A DNA stretch of 64,000 nucleotides from Candidatus Omnitrophota bacterium (GTDB taxonomy: Bacteria > Omnitrophota > Gorgyraeia > 2-02-FULL-51-18), in assembly GCA_945877765.1 (NCBI GenBank), contig CAMDWQ010000010.1:5679-69678 (forward strand), given 5' to 3'. The number at the start of each line of letters is the position of its first letter. Position 1 is the first letter of the stretch. The notes under the pieces are model-generated. The model was given only the letters and a program-made list of their open reading frames with translations, was not told the DNA's origin and did no database searches. Made by a program: the position numbers and the translations under genes. Positions 31,459 to 41,900 of the stretch are shown here, piece by piece.

Positions 31459-32151
31459 GTGTTACTTGAAGTCAAAAATTTAGCTAAGAGTTTTAAAAAA
31501 GGCGGCGTCAAAGCGCTTGAAGAGGCGTCGTTTTCTTTGGTTTCTGGCCGGACTCTGGGGATTATTGGTGCATCCGGGTCAGGAAAATCCACACTTTTAA
31601 AAATTATATTAAGGCTTGTGCCTGCCGACAGCGGCGAAATTTATTTTGAAGAAAAAAGAATTGATAACTTAAGCGAGAAAAAATTGAGAGATTTTCGCAA
31701 AAAAACGCAGATTATATTCCAAGATCCGTATCTATCGCTGGACCCGCGGATGAAAGTGGCTCAGCTTTTAAGAGAGCCTTTTATGATTTCTGGCGAGGAC
31801 AAAAAAACGCAGAGTGTGGATGAGAAAATTAGGGCGCTCTTGGATGCGGTGGGTTTGGCGGAGCGTTTTTTGGCCCGCTTTCCTCATGAATTGTCGGGGG
31901 GTGAATGCCAGAGGGTTGCCATCGCGCGGTCGATTAGTTTGGGGCCGAGGCTACTGCTTTGCGATGAGGCTGTTTCTTCACTGGATGCCGTGACAAAAAT
32001 TCAAATCTTAAATCTGCTTTTGACGCTGCAAAAGGAGCGTGCAATCAGCCTGCTGTTCGTCTCCCACGACGAGCGGGCGGTGCGCCATATGAGCGATGAA
32101 GTGCGGGTGATGAAGGATGGGATTCTTTCTTCGGCGATTTCCTTGAATTAG
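31459..32151 (+). CDS. oppF: Peptide ABC transporter ATPase
   Basis: GASGSGKST, ELSGGECQR, CDEAVSSLD; GTG start assumed. Confidence 0.9.
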   Translation: MLLEVKNLAKSFKKGGVKALEEASFSLVSGRTLGIIGASGSGKSTLLKIILRLVPADSGEIYFEEKRIDNLSEKKLRDFRKKTQIIFQDPYLSLDPRMKVAQLLREPFMISGEDKKTQSVDEKIRALLDAVGLAERFLARFPHELSGGECQRVAIARSISLGPRLLLCDEAVSSLDAVTKIQILNLLLTLQKERAISLLFVSHDERAVRHMSDEVRVMKDGILSSAISLN

Positions 32152-32218
32152 ACCTTCATCGGGATTATAATGACGAGACTTGTAAGTTTTCTAACCCATT
32201 TTCGGATAAATACTTAAG

Positions 32219-33448
32219 ATGAAAAAACTACTGACGTTTGTCATGGCTGGCGGCAAGGGAGAGCGGCTGTCTCCATTGACCAAAGACCGTGCAAAGCCTG
32301 CGGTGCCGTTTGGCGGCATTTACCGCATCATTGATTTTACCCTTTCCAATTGCATTAATTCTGGACTACGCCGTATTCATATTTTGGTGCAGTACAAATC
32401 CATGTCCCTTTCGCGGCATATTCGTATGGGATGGAATATTTTAAATGCGGAGGTCGGTGAGTATATCGATGTCGTGCCAGCCCAGCAAAGAGTTGATGAG
32501 CATTGGTATCAGGGGACAGCGGATGCGATCTATCAAAATCTTTATTCCATTGATATTGAAAATCCCGATCAGGTTTTAATTCTGGCCGGAGACCACGTGT
32601 ATAAAATGAATTATCAACCGATGATCGATCTTCACCGCGCGTCGAAAGCGGATCTTACGATCGGTGTGGTCCCCATGCCGATTGAAGAGGCGCCGCATGT
32701 GGGCGTGATAGAGACGGACGCGGCGGGCGTCGTGATTGGCTTTGAGGAAAAACCCAAGCAACCCAAGACGATTCCGGGGGATGCGGCGAATGTGTACGGC
32801 TCGATGGGCATTTATATTTTTGACCGCAAAGCGCTCGAGGAAGAATTGACCGAGGATGCCAAAAAAGACACGGCTCACGACTTTGGAAAAAATGTGATTC
32901 CTCAGATGATTCAAAAAGGCCAGCGCAAAATCATGTCTTACAATTTTGTAGATCCCAACACCAAAGAAGCTTTGTATTGGCGTGACGTCGGAAGCTTGGA
33001 TGCTTATTACGAGGCCAGCATTGATTTAGTCAACGTGATGCCGCAGTTTAATCTTTACGACCGTGATTGGCCGATTCGCACTCACCAACTACAGTATCCG
33101 CCCGCTAAATTTGTGTTTAATAATCAGCTCACCGGCGGCCGTCGCGGCGAGGCGCTGGACTCCATGGTGGCTGATGGATGCATTATCTCGGGTGGCTCGG
33201 TGCGCCGCTGTATTTTGTCTCCCAATGTTCGGGTGAACAGCTATGCCGAGGTGGAAAATTCGCTTCTTCTGGAAAGTGTGGAAGTGGGCCGTTACGTCAA
33301 AATTAAAAATGCGATTATCGACAAGCATGTCAAGCTCATGCCTGGTGCCACGGTAGGACATGATTTGGAATTGGATAAAAAACGTTTCACCGTGACGCCC
33401 AAAGGCATCGTGGTGGTTGAGAAGGGTGCGGTGGTAGAGGCGGTATGA
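32219..33448 (+). CDS. glgC: Glucose-1-phosphate adenylyltransferase
   Basis: [38 protein letters not shown]. Confidence 0.97.
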   Translation: MKKLLTFVMAGGKGERLSPLTKDRAKPAVPFGGIYRIIDFTLSNCINSGLRRIHILVQYKSMSLSRHIRMGWNILNAEVGEYIDVVPAQQRVDEHWYQGTADAIYQNLYSIDIENPDQVLILAGDHVYKMNYQPMIDLHRASKADLTIGVVPMPIEEAPHVGVIETDAAGVVIGFEEKPKQPKTIPGDAANVYGSMGIYIFDRKALEEELTEDAKKDTAHDFGKNVIPQMIQKGQRKIMSYNFVDPNTKEALYWRDVGSLDAYYEASIDLVNVMPQFNLYDRDWPIRTHQLQYPPAKFVFNNQLTGGRRGEALDSMVADGCIISGGSVRRCILSPNVRVNSYAEVENSLLLESVEVGRYVKIKNAIIDKHVKLMPGATVGHDLELDKKRFTVTPKGIVVVEKGAVVEAV

Positions 33449-34236
33449 GCTCCCAGGATATTTTAAAAATAGGCTCTTATTCGCTCAAGTCCCGCTTGAT
33501 TGTCGGCACTGGCAAATATCCCACGTTCCAGATCATGGAAAAGGCGTTGGAGATATCCGGCGCCGAGATGGTGACGGTAGCGGTGCGCCGCGTGAACCTC
33601 GACAGGTCCAAAGAATCTTTGCTTGATTTTGTAGACCCCAAAAAGTATATTCTTCTTCCCAATACCGCGGGCTGCTATACCGCGGAAGAGGCGGTTCGCG
33701 TGGCTCGGTTGGGGCGGGCGGCAGGGCTTTCTAACCTCGTGAAGTTGGAGGTTATCGGCGATGAGGTAACGCTCATGCCGGATGTGTTGGGCCTCCTGGA
33801 AGCGACCAAAATTTTGGTCAAGGAAGGTTTTGTAGTGATGCCTTACACCACAGATGACCCCATCATGGCCAAGCGGCTTGAGGATGCCGGCGCCGCGTGT
33901 GTGATGCCTCTGGCGGCTCCTATTGGATCGGGGCAGGGCATTCAGAATTTATTGAATTTACAACTTTTGATCGAAAAAGTAAAAATTTCGGTGATTGTGG
34001 ATGCCGGCGTGGGGACGGCTTCTGACGCGGCGATCGCCATGGAATTGGGAGCGGATGGTGTCTTGATGAATACGGCCATCGCTGGTGCTAAAGATCCGGT
34101 GAAAATGGCCGAAGCGATGAAATTGGCGGTACACGCGGGGCGCTTGGCGTTTGAAGCGGGGCGCATTGAAAAAAAGATGCATGCCAACGCGTCGAGTCCG
34201 GCGGCGGACAAGGCGACGGCTCACGCGATTGAATAA
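33445..34236 (+). CDS. thiG: Thiazole synthase
   Basis: [37 protein letters not shown]. Confidence 0.97.
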   Translation: MSSQDILKIGSYSLKSRLIVGTGKYPTFQIMEKALEISGAEMVTVAVRRVNLDRSKESLLDFVDPKKYILLPNTAGCYTAEEAVRVARLGRAAGLSNLVKLEVIGDEVTLMPDVLGLLEATKILVKEGFVVMPYTTDDPIMAKRLEDAGAACVMPLAAPIGSGQGIQNLLNLQLLIEKVKISVIVDAGVGTASDAAIAMELGADGVLMNTAIAGAKDPVKMAEAMKLAVHAGRLAFEAGRIEKKMHANASSPAADKATAHAIE

Positions 34237-34271
34237 TTTTATTAGTTGAACAGTGACACCTTGGGACAGGA

Positions 34272-34386
34272 TGTCATCCCCGAGATCATTAGTCGGGGAT
34301 CAAACCTGGGCATGATCCCCGATAAGAGATTTCGGGGATGACACTGTGTGATGTTTGATTCCCGATAAATACTTTCGGGAATGACG
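34272..34386. repeat. Family-1 doublet plus an extra right arm
   Basis: tgtcatccccgaga..tcggggatc / gatccccg..ttcggggatgaca / gattcccg..ttcgggaatgacg. Confidence 0.9.
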
Positions 34387-34422
34387 TTGGGATGAAAATA
34401 CGGACAGGAGAAGAAAGTAAAA

Positions 34423-35505
34423 ATGAAAAAAATGAATAAATCTAGAAATTATAAAATTGCGGTCATTGGCGGCGATGGCACCGGCCCTGAGGTTGTGCGC
34501 GAGGCCCTCAAGGTGCTTGCCGCGTCTTCTAAAAAAAATGGCTACAAGCTGGACCTAACTCCTTTTGATTTCGGCGGTGAGAGATTTTTAAAAACAGGCA
34601 AAGTTTTGTCCGACAAGGAAATGGCGGGACTTAAAAAATTTGACGCGATTCTTTTGGGGGCTGTGGGACACCCGGATGTGAAGCCGGGAATTCTTGAGAA
34701 AGGTCTTTTGCTAAAAGCGCGTTTTGGGCTTGAGCAGTACATCAATCTTCGCCCGGTGAAACTGTATCCCGGTGTTTGGACACCTCTTAAGGATAAAGGT
34801 CCTCAGGATATTGATTTTGTCGTTGTCCGTGAAAATAACGAAGGCTTATATGTTGGTGAAGGCAGTTTTAAAAATAAAGGCAAAAAAAATGAAGTCGCAA
34901 CCCAGATTTCGCGCAACACGCGTAAAGGGGTCGAGCGCTGTATCCGTTATGCTTTTGAGTTGACCCGCAAGCGTAACAAGAGAAAAAAGCTTACGCTTTG
35001 CGGTAAGACCAATGTCTTAACCTACGCGATGGATCTGTGGTGGAGAGTGTTTCAGGAAGTGGCCAAGGAATACCCCGACGTGACGGCGGACTACGCGCAT
35101 GTCGACGCTACTTGTATGTGGATGGTGAAAAACCCAGAGTGGTTTGACGTCATTGTGACCGACAATATGTTTGGCGATATCATCACGGATCTTGGCGCTA
35201 TGATTCAGGGAGGCATGGGAATCGCGGCGGGAGGCAATATCAATCCGGAGGGCGTGTCGATGTTTGAACCGATCGGCGGCTCGGCTCCCAAATATACAGG
35301 CAAAAACGTAATCAATCCGTTGGCTGCTATTTGCGCGGGCGGGATGATGATGGACAGTCTCGGCGAAACCAAAGCGGCTGAAGAAATTGAAAAAGCGGTG
35401 ATGAGTGTGACGCAGAATAAACTTAAGTCTTTGGCTGCGGGGAAGATGGGATATAGCACCACTCAGGTGGGTGATTTGGTTGTAAAAACACTTTCCTCCC
35501 TGTAA
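34423..35505 (+). CDS. leuB: 3-isopropylmalate dehydrogenase
   Basis: [33 protein letters not shown]; leuB-asd-truA synteny. Confidence 0.92.
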   Translation: MKKMNKSRNYKIAVIGGDGTGPEVVREALKVLAASSKKNGYKLDLTPFDFGGERFLKTGKVLSDKEMAGLKKFDAILLGAVGHPDVKPGILEKGLLLKARFGLEQYINLRPVKLYPGVWTPLKDKGPQDIDFVVVRENNEGLYVGEGSFKNKGKKNEVATQISRNTRKGVERCIRYAFELTRKRNKRKKLTLCGKTNVLTYAMDLWWRVFQEVAKEYPDVTADYAHVDATCMWMVKNPEWFDVIVTDNMFGDIITDLGAMIQGGMGIAAGGNINPEGVSMFEPIGGSAPKYTGKNVINPLAAICAGGMMMDSLGETKAAEEIEKAVMSVTQNKLKSLAAGKMGYSTTQVGDLVVKTLSSL

Positions 35506-35537
35506 TAAGGGGAAGTGTCGGGGGAGAAAGAGAACAC

Positions 35538-35663
35538 AATTTCCTCCCCTTACGAAGGGGAGGTGCCGCAGGCGGAGGGGTTGTAGGGGTTTACGCATGC
35601 TGTTTAATGTGTCAACCACCCCGTCGCCTTCGGCACCACCCCTCCTTCGAAAGGAGGGGAAAG
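35538..35663. repeat. Family-2 palindromic element, copy 2
   Basis: Near-identical to 28157-28281; extra related hairpins at about 35491-35515 and 35674-35701. Confidence 0.9.
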
Positions 35664-35725
35664 GGCACTTGATTTTCTCCTCTTTTCAAAGGGAGGGGAA
35701 AATAACTTTAAAATTTAGGATAATT

Positions 35726-36739
35726 ATGAAGAAAAAATCAGCTTACAACGTTGCCATTATGGGCGCCACGGGCGCTGTTGGCGAAGAAATGCTCAAAATT
35801 CTTGAGGAAAGAAAATTTCCAGTTGCCGAGCTAAGGCTTTTGGCGTCGGCGCGGTCGGTAGGGAGAAAATATTCTTTCAAGGGAAAAACCTACACCGTTG
35901 CGGAGCTAAAAGAAGATTCCTTTGATGGCATCGACATCGTACTTGCCAGCGCGGGCGGCTCTATTTCCAAAAAATTTGCACCCTTTGCAGTCAAGGCGGG
36001 GGCGGTGGTGATTGATAATACCAGCGCTTTTCGCATGGATGCCAAGGTGCCCCTGGTCATCCCGGAAATCAATCCCCAGGACATTCAGAAACACCAAGGG
36101 ATTATCGCCAATCCCAATTGTTCGACCATCATTATGCTGGTGCCGGTATTTGCCATTCACCGCAAAAACCGTGTTAAAAAGGCGATTATTTCGACCTATC
36201 AGGCTGCCTCTGGTGCCGGGGCTAAAGCGATGAAGGAGCTTGAAAACCAGGCGCGGGATATTTTGGGGGGAAAGCCAGCCAAGAAAGAGATATTCCCTCA
36301 CCAGATTGCATTCAACCTTTTTTCTCATAATAGCTCCGTCCAAGCCAGCGGCTATAATGAAGAGGAAGTGAAGATGACTAAAGAGACTCACAAAATTCTT
36401 CACGATGACAAAATCAAAGTGACTGCCACTTGCGTGCGTGTGCCGGTGTACCGTGCTCATTCCGAGTCGATCTATTTGGAGCTTACGCGTAAACCCGATG
36501 TGTCAGATATTCGTAAGATCATTAGCCGGTCGGCGGGCTTGAAGCTTGTGGATGACCGTCAGAATAATTATTTTCCCATGCCTATCGAAGCTTCCGGCAA
36601 GGATGATGTGCTGGTGGGTCGTCTTCGCACCGACGCTTCAGACCCTCACGGTTTGTGGCTTTTTGTGGCTGGGGACCAGATCCGCAAAGGGGCGGCTCTT
36701 AACGCGGTGCAGATCGCTGAGATTCTTTGCCAGAAATAA
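35726..36739 (+). CDS. asd: Aspartate-semialdehyde dehydrogenase
   Basis: GATGAVG, IANPNCST, CVRVPV, IRKGAALNAVQIAE; true start 35726. Confidence 0.96.
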   Translation: MKKKSAYNVAIMGATGAVGEEMLKILEERKFPVAELRLLASARSVGRKYSFKGKTYTVAELKEDSFDGIDIVLASAGGSISKKFAPFAVKAGAVVIDNTSAFRMDAKVPLVIPEINPQDIQKHQGIIANPNCSTIIMLVPVFAIHRKNRVKKAIISTYQAASGAGAKAMKELENQARDILGGKPAKKEIFPHQIAFNLFSHNSSVQASGYNEEEVKMTKETHKILHDDKIKVTATCVRVPVYRAHSESIYLELTRKPDVSDIRKIISRSAGLKLVDDRQNNYFPMPIEASGKDDVLVGRLRTDASDPHGLWLFVAGDQIRKGAALNAVQIAEILCQK

Positions 36740-37479
36740 AAAGTCCTCGCACCATCAAGCTTGTGCTGGGTTTTGACGGCACACGTTACGAAGGCTGGCA
36801 GAGCCAGAAAAATAACCGCACGATTCAAGAGCTTTTTGAAAAATGTCTCTGCAAAATTCTCTCTGAAAAAGTCGTTGTCTTTGGCAGCTCCCGCACCGAC
36901 AGCGGCGTCCACGCCAAGGGGTTTGTCGCTCATTTCCAGACACGCCACTTGCTTACCGATGCTAAAATTAAAGACGCGCTGAATCATTATTTGCCGGCGG
37001 ATGTGGTTGTGTTTAGCGCCAAGACAGTGCGGCCCAATTTCCATGCGCGATATAGCGCCAAATCCAAGATTTACCAATATGACATTTACAATAGCCCCAC
37101 AAGACCCCTTTTTGAGGCGCCCTTTGTGCTTTGGTACGCGGGTCCCCTTCGAATAGATCCCATAAAAAATGCGGCTAAGTTTTTTTTAGGCCAGCATGAT
37201 TTTTTATCGTTCAAGGATAGCGGGGATGACAAAAAAAATACCGTCCGCACGATCAAAAAAATTTCAGTGCAAAAAAAAGGCTGCCTTATTCGTATTCTTA
37301 TTGAGGGGGATGGTTTTTTGACGCATATGGTCCGTATTATTGCCGGGACCTTGATGGAGGTGGGTAAAGGCAGAATCGAGGCCGATAGTATTTCGGCAAT
37401 TATTCTTTCCAAGAAACGTGCGCGCGCAGGCGCTACGGCCAAAGCACAAGGCTTAACCTTGCTTAAGGTTCGCTATTGA
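36727..37479 (+). CDS. truA: tRNA pseudouridine(38-40) synthase
   Basis: FDGTRYEGWQ, SRTDSGVHA, FLTHMVRIIAG. Confidence 0.96.
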   Translation: MPEIKSPRTIKLVLGFDGTRYEGWQSQKNNRTIQELFEKCLCKILSEKVVVFGSSRTDSGVHAKGFVAHFQTRHLLTDAKIKDALNHYLPADVVVFSAKTVRPNFHARYSAKSKIYQYDIYNSPTRPLFEAPFVLWYAGPLRIDPIKNAAKFFLGQHDFLSFKDSGDDKKNTVRTIKKISVQKKGCLIRILIEGDGFLTHMVRIIAGTLMEVGKGRIEADSISAIILSKKRARAGATAKAQGLTLLKVRY

Positions 37480-37486
37480 GCTGATT

Positions 37487-37771
37487 TTATGAAGTTGCTC
37501 TTTTTTCCCATTCTAGGGGGGAGAAGGCACGAATCGTGATGCCGTGGATGCTGGAATTTTTGCCTATGGCGAGCGCTTCATAGATGGCGGCGTGTCTCTG
37601 AAGTAGTGATTTTCCTTCGAATCCCGCCGAAACAATCACCAAGTCCAACAGCATTTCCTTTTCTTTCATTGTCTCTGGATGACCGACGTGTGTGTGACTT
37701 TTATCCGTTAACTCCATTAGAAGGGGGGAGAAGTGACTTTCTAGCGTTGAGCGTATCTTTTCGAGGACCAT
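37487..37771 (-). CDS. bolA: BolA family protein
   Basis: DKSHTHVGH, IVSAGFEGKSLLQRH, IHGITI. Confidence 0.88.
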   Translation of the reverse strand: MVLEKIRSTLESHFSPLLMELTDKSHTHVGHPETMKEKEMLLDLVIVSAGFEGKSLLQRHAAIYEALAIGKNSSIHGITIRAFSPLEWEKRATS

Positions 37772-37861
37772 AGCATCATTGTACTACACGATTGACAGCG
37801 CACCGCTTTTGGGGGGTATAATAAAACTCTGGCGTTAGGGCGGTCAAAAAATGGAGGCTCC

Positions 37862-38647
37862 ATGAAAAAAACCTTACTTCGATTGATCGGCATCTTTTTT
37901 TTGGCCGCGGTGCTTCTGGTGGTGGGCAAGGACATGATTGCCAAGTCTGTCATTGCAAATATTTTTCAGAAGACGACAGGCTTGAGGCTGGGTATCGGCA
38001 ATTTTCACTCGAGTCTTCTTAAGTCGGTGATCAGCGTTAATGATTTGAATCTTTATAATCCAGCTGCCTATTCCGAAAAAGTGATGTTCTCTATTCCTGA
38101 GGCGCGGGTAGGTTTTGACCTCGGCTCTATTTTGACAGGCAAGCCACATCTAAAGGAAATCTACGTCCATTTGGCTGAGCTTAAGATTGAGCGCAATAAA
38201 GCAGGCAAGCTTAATCTTTCGGAGCTAAAGCCTCCCGGTGGTAAAAAGAAAGCGCCGAGAGCGGGAAGCACCGCCACAGTCAGTGTTGACGTAATGAGGC
38301 TACGCGTCGATAAGGTGATTTATAAAGATTTCTCGCGGGCGACTCCGTCGGTTCAGGAGTTTGCTCTCAATATCGACGAAACTTATCGTGATGTCAAAGA
38401 TGTCAAGGCGCTGGTTCCCATCATCATCGGCAGCGCGCTAAAAAGTAGTGCACTGCGCTCTCTAATCAATTTTAATGTGAGCGATCTTCTGTATAATTTT
38501 GAAGCTGGCGGTATTAACATCCGTGATTTGGGCCTTGATCAACTCTCCAATATTTTTAACTCCGGCGTTGGCCAGACGGCTCAGAGTGTCTTGGGTAGTA
38601 TTTCGGGTCAGTTAGACTCGTTGTTTGACTCTTCCCAAAAAAAATAA
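37862..38647 (+). CDS. AsmA-like N-terminally anchored protein
   Basis: N-terminal TM followed by a beta-rich region (LYNPAAY, IERNKAGKLNLSEL). Confidence 0.6.
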   Translation: MKKTLLRLIGIFFLAAVLLVVGKDMIAKSVIANIFQKTTGLRLGIGNFHSSLLKSVISVNDLNLYNPAAYSEKVMFSIPEARVGFDLGSILTGKPHLKEIYVHLAELKIERNKAGKLNLSELKPPGGKKKAPRAGSTATVSVDVMRLRVDKVIYKDFSRATPSVQEFALNIDETYRDVKDVKALVPIIIGSALKSSALRSLINFNVSDLLYNFEAGGINIRDLGLDQLSNIFNSGVGQTAQSVLGSISGQLDSLFDSSQKK

Positions 38648-38672
38648 ACCCCCGAGCCCCACATCACGCCAA

Positions 38673-38757
38673 TGTCATCCCCGAAATTATTTATCGGGGA
38701 TCATACCTTAGTTTGATTCCCGACTAGAGATTTCGGGAATGACACTGTGTGATGACA
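38673..38757. repeat. Family-1 doublet plus end fragment
   Basis: tgtcatccccgaaa..tcggggatc / gattcccg..ttcgggaatgaca-ctgtgtgatgaca. Confidence 0.9.
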
Positions 38758-38855
38758 TTGTGGGATGCGGGGTTAATCAAATTTAATCCATAACTAACGG
38801 TTCTTAAGCATTTTATATCCCACGTCATTTTATTTGATATTTAATCAAAAAAACA

Positions 38856-38884
38856 TTGACATTAAATTAATCGTGGTGTAATTT
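38856..38884 (+). promoter_or_regulatory. Sigma70-type promoter of the giant gene
   Basis: TTGACA-17 nt-TAATTT; RBS aaggag before ATG 38962. Confidence 0.6.
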
Positions 38885-38961
38885 TAAAACCATGACAGAG
38901 GGAGCCGTTGATGGGGAGGGGTTGAGAATGATTTGTCAGAAAAGCTCTTAAAGGAGAATGA

Positions 38962-41900
38962 ATGCGCCGCTCGCCTTATTTAAAAATTATTTCGTTAGCT
39001 CTGATCATTAGCTTTTCCTTCTCCAACCTCCTCTATGCCGCCGACCCACGGGATCTCTTAAACGCCGCCAAAGCAGGCTTTGCCCTAGAAGACCAACGGC
39101 GTACCGGCGGGGAAGCGCCCCTAAATAATCAATCGCAAGGCTATGCCCAAGGATTGGTTGATCAGAAAAACAACCTAGCAGACCTAGAGCAATTAAACTT
39201 TTCTTTAACGACACAAAACGGAGATATTCTTAAGTATGCAGGCGATAAGCTAGCCCAGATCCAGCGGCCCGATGGAACGATTCTTCAAAATATTGTTTTA
39301 GCCGCGGACGGCAAAATCCAGAATGCGGATTTAAAACTCTTTGACGGTTCGATTCAGGTTTTTCAAAATGGCCAAGTCATAGGCTATGAGACTCCCGATG
39401 GAACCCAAGTCTTTTATGCCAACAGCCAGATACAAAAAACCATTTCTAAGAGTGGTGTTGAAACCCTCTACGCCTACACCAAAGACGCCAATGGGAAGGT
39501 CCTTGAGACTATCCTTGAGAACTCTCAAGCTAAAACCATCTATGATGCCCAAGGCAAATTAAAGGAAGTGTATCAGAAAGGACTATCTCAGCGGATGGTC
39601 TATCAGGCAGGAATTCTTCAAAGCATCACTCTGCAAGATGGCTCTCAAGCCCTTTTCCAAGCACAGACCATCAATAGCCAAGTCAAAGTTACGTTTAAGT
39701 CATATGTGGATGCGAATGGCAACACGTATGTGAATGATATGCAGTATCTTCTGAAAGATGGCTCTTCGCTAAAAAATATTATCTGGGGTAGTGATGGAAA
39801 AGTGGTTAATGCCTTACTCGAAAGCATCGACGGCAGCACCTACACTTTTACTAACAAGGTAATTACCGCCATTAGGCTTCCCAGCAATTGGGTACTCTCT
39901 TCCATCACCTGGGATACTCAAGACAAATTAAAAGACGGGATTCTTACGGATTTGGCTAATAACCAGTGGACCTATCAAGCGGGGGCACTGGTATCAATCA
40001 AGCTTCTGGACGGATCTATTCTATCGAGCATCACCTGGGATGCCCAAAATAAGATCAAAACTGCTAATTTAATAGACGCGCAAAAAAAGGAATACACTTT
40101 TGCCAATAATCAGCTCTCACAGCCTCTCAATGCGATCGCCTTTCAGCTTGATACCCAATACGGCCTTGTTGCCGGCAATAGCACCTACCAGTTCAACTGG
40201 GCGGGCAAGAATGAAAAATGGTTTAAGGCCAACAATAATACTTGGTATTTTATTCTCCCTGATGGCAAGGTGTATCTTTGGAATTCCGTTGCGGGTAAGA
40301 ACCTCACCACCTCCACGCTTGTAGTGACGCTAAACAGCAGTTATTGGGAAGATCCGGCATTTCTCTGTGATGCCTCCGATAGGGCAATAGTTCTCCAGCT
40401 TGATACTCAATATAGCCTTGTTCCCGGAAGCAGCACCTACCAATTCAACTGGGCCGGTCAGAATGAAAAGTGGTTTAAGGCCAACAACAATACCTGGTAC
40501 TATATTCTTCCCACAGGTCAATTGTATCTTTGGGATGCCAAGGGTGGTAAGAATCTCACCACCTCGACACTGGCAGCCACCCTCAACAGCCATTTTTGGG
40601 AAGACCCCACAAAGGTCCATCTTGCTTTTGAGAGAGCTGCTCTAGAAAGCACCGCGCTAAATCTAGATCGCCAGTACGCTCTTATTCCCAGTAGTAGTAA
40701 TTATTTCTTAAATTGGGCCGGTCAACAGGAAAAATGGTTTAAGAGTAGTAGCGGTACTGCCCAGTATTTTATACTCTCCGACGGAAGCTTGTATCTATGG
40801 AATCAACCCGCCGGAAAAAACCTCGCTACCTCCACAAAGCTTGCCACCCTCAGCGCTGATTACTGGGCAAATCCGACACTTCTTTGCCGCGCCTATGACC
40901 GCACAGTCGCAGTAGTCGTCACAAGCGCCTACACCGCAAAGATTATAGGTATCACCAAACCGCAAATTTCCGTGTCCAAAAGAACGCTCAGCGCGTCGAA
41001 ATTAAACATCGCTACTCTGAGCGCCGCTTTTTCGTTTAATTCAATTTTGTATAACACGGATGGAAGTTTTGCTCAGATCCTAGAAAAGGACAACACGACG
41101 CTTAATTTCAAAAATAATCTTTTGGTGGATGCCAAAGACGCGCAGGGAAAAATCATCCATTTTGATTTCACGGAGAGTGCTTTTGGAAATCTTTTAGGTT
41201 CAAGCCTCACGCAGAGCGGCGCGACATCCACCTATGATGAACAGGGAAATCTTTCCTCGGTAAAAGTGGGTGATACGACGATTCATTACAGCGCGGAAAA
41301 TAAAATCGAGTCCGTTGAGAAGGCGGACGGGACACGAGTGGAGAATATTATTTTTGATGCGCAAGGGAATATTCATGATGCCAAGATGACCGCGCCCGAT
41401 GGGACTCAGAGGACCTATCAGGCCAAAAAAATGATTCGTGAAAAAAAAGCTGATGGCACGGAGACTGATTTTGTGGACGGCAAGCCTTCGGTGACGCGGA
41501 TGGCGGACGGGCGGGTGTATGTCTATTCGCCGGCGGCTATTATCGGGAACTCTGCCGCTTTTAGGAGTATTTTGACGCAGTACGTCTCTGACGATGGAAG
41601 CGCTGTCTATGTCAATGACGGCATTCCCTTTAAAATCCAGACTAAGTCGGGCATGGTGTTGACAAATCTTGTGTTCGCGCTAGACGGTACTCTGACGGAT
41701 GCGATCGGATCTTTTACTGGGCCCGATGAAAATCAGATGACTTTAACCTATCAAGGTAAGGAAGTCAGGCAAATCATTTCCGCTGACGGCTCACGTCTAT
41801 TTTATGAAAATAATCGGCTTAAAAGCATGACCAAGCCCAATGGCGAGCAGATTATCTACGAATACACCCTCGATGGTGATGGGGAGATCTTGAAGATTAT

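Noticed and set aside
35597-35725. N-terminal extension of Asd in the ORF track
   Set aside because: It is translation through the family-2 repeat; homology and the RBS point to ATG 35726.
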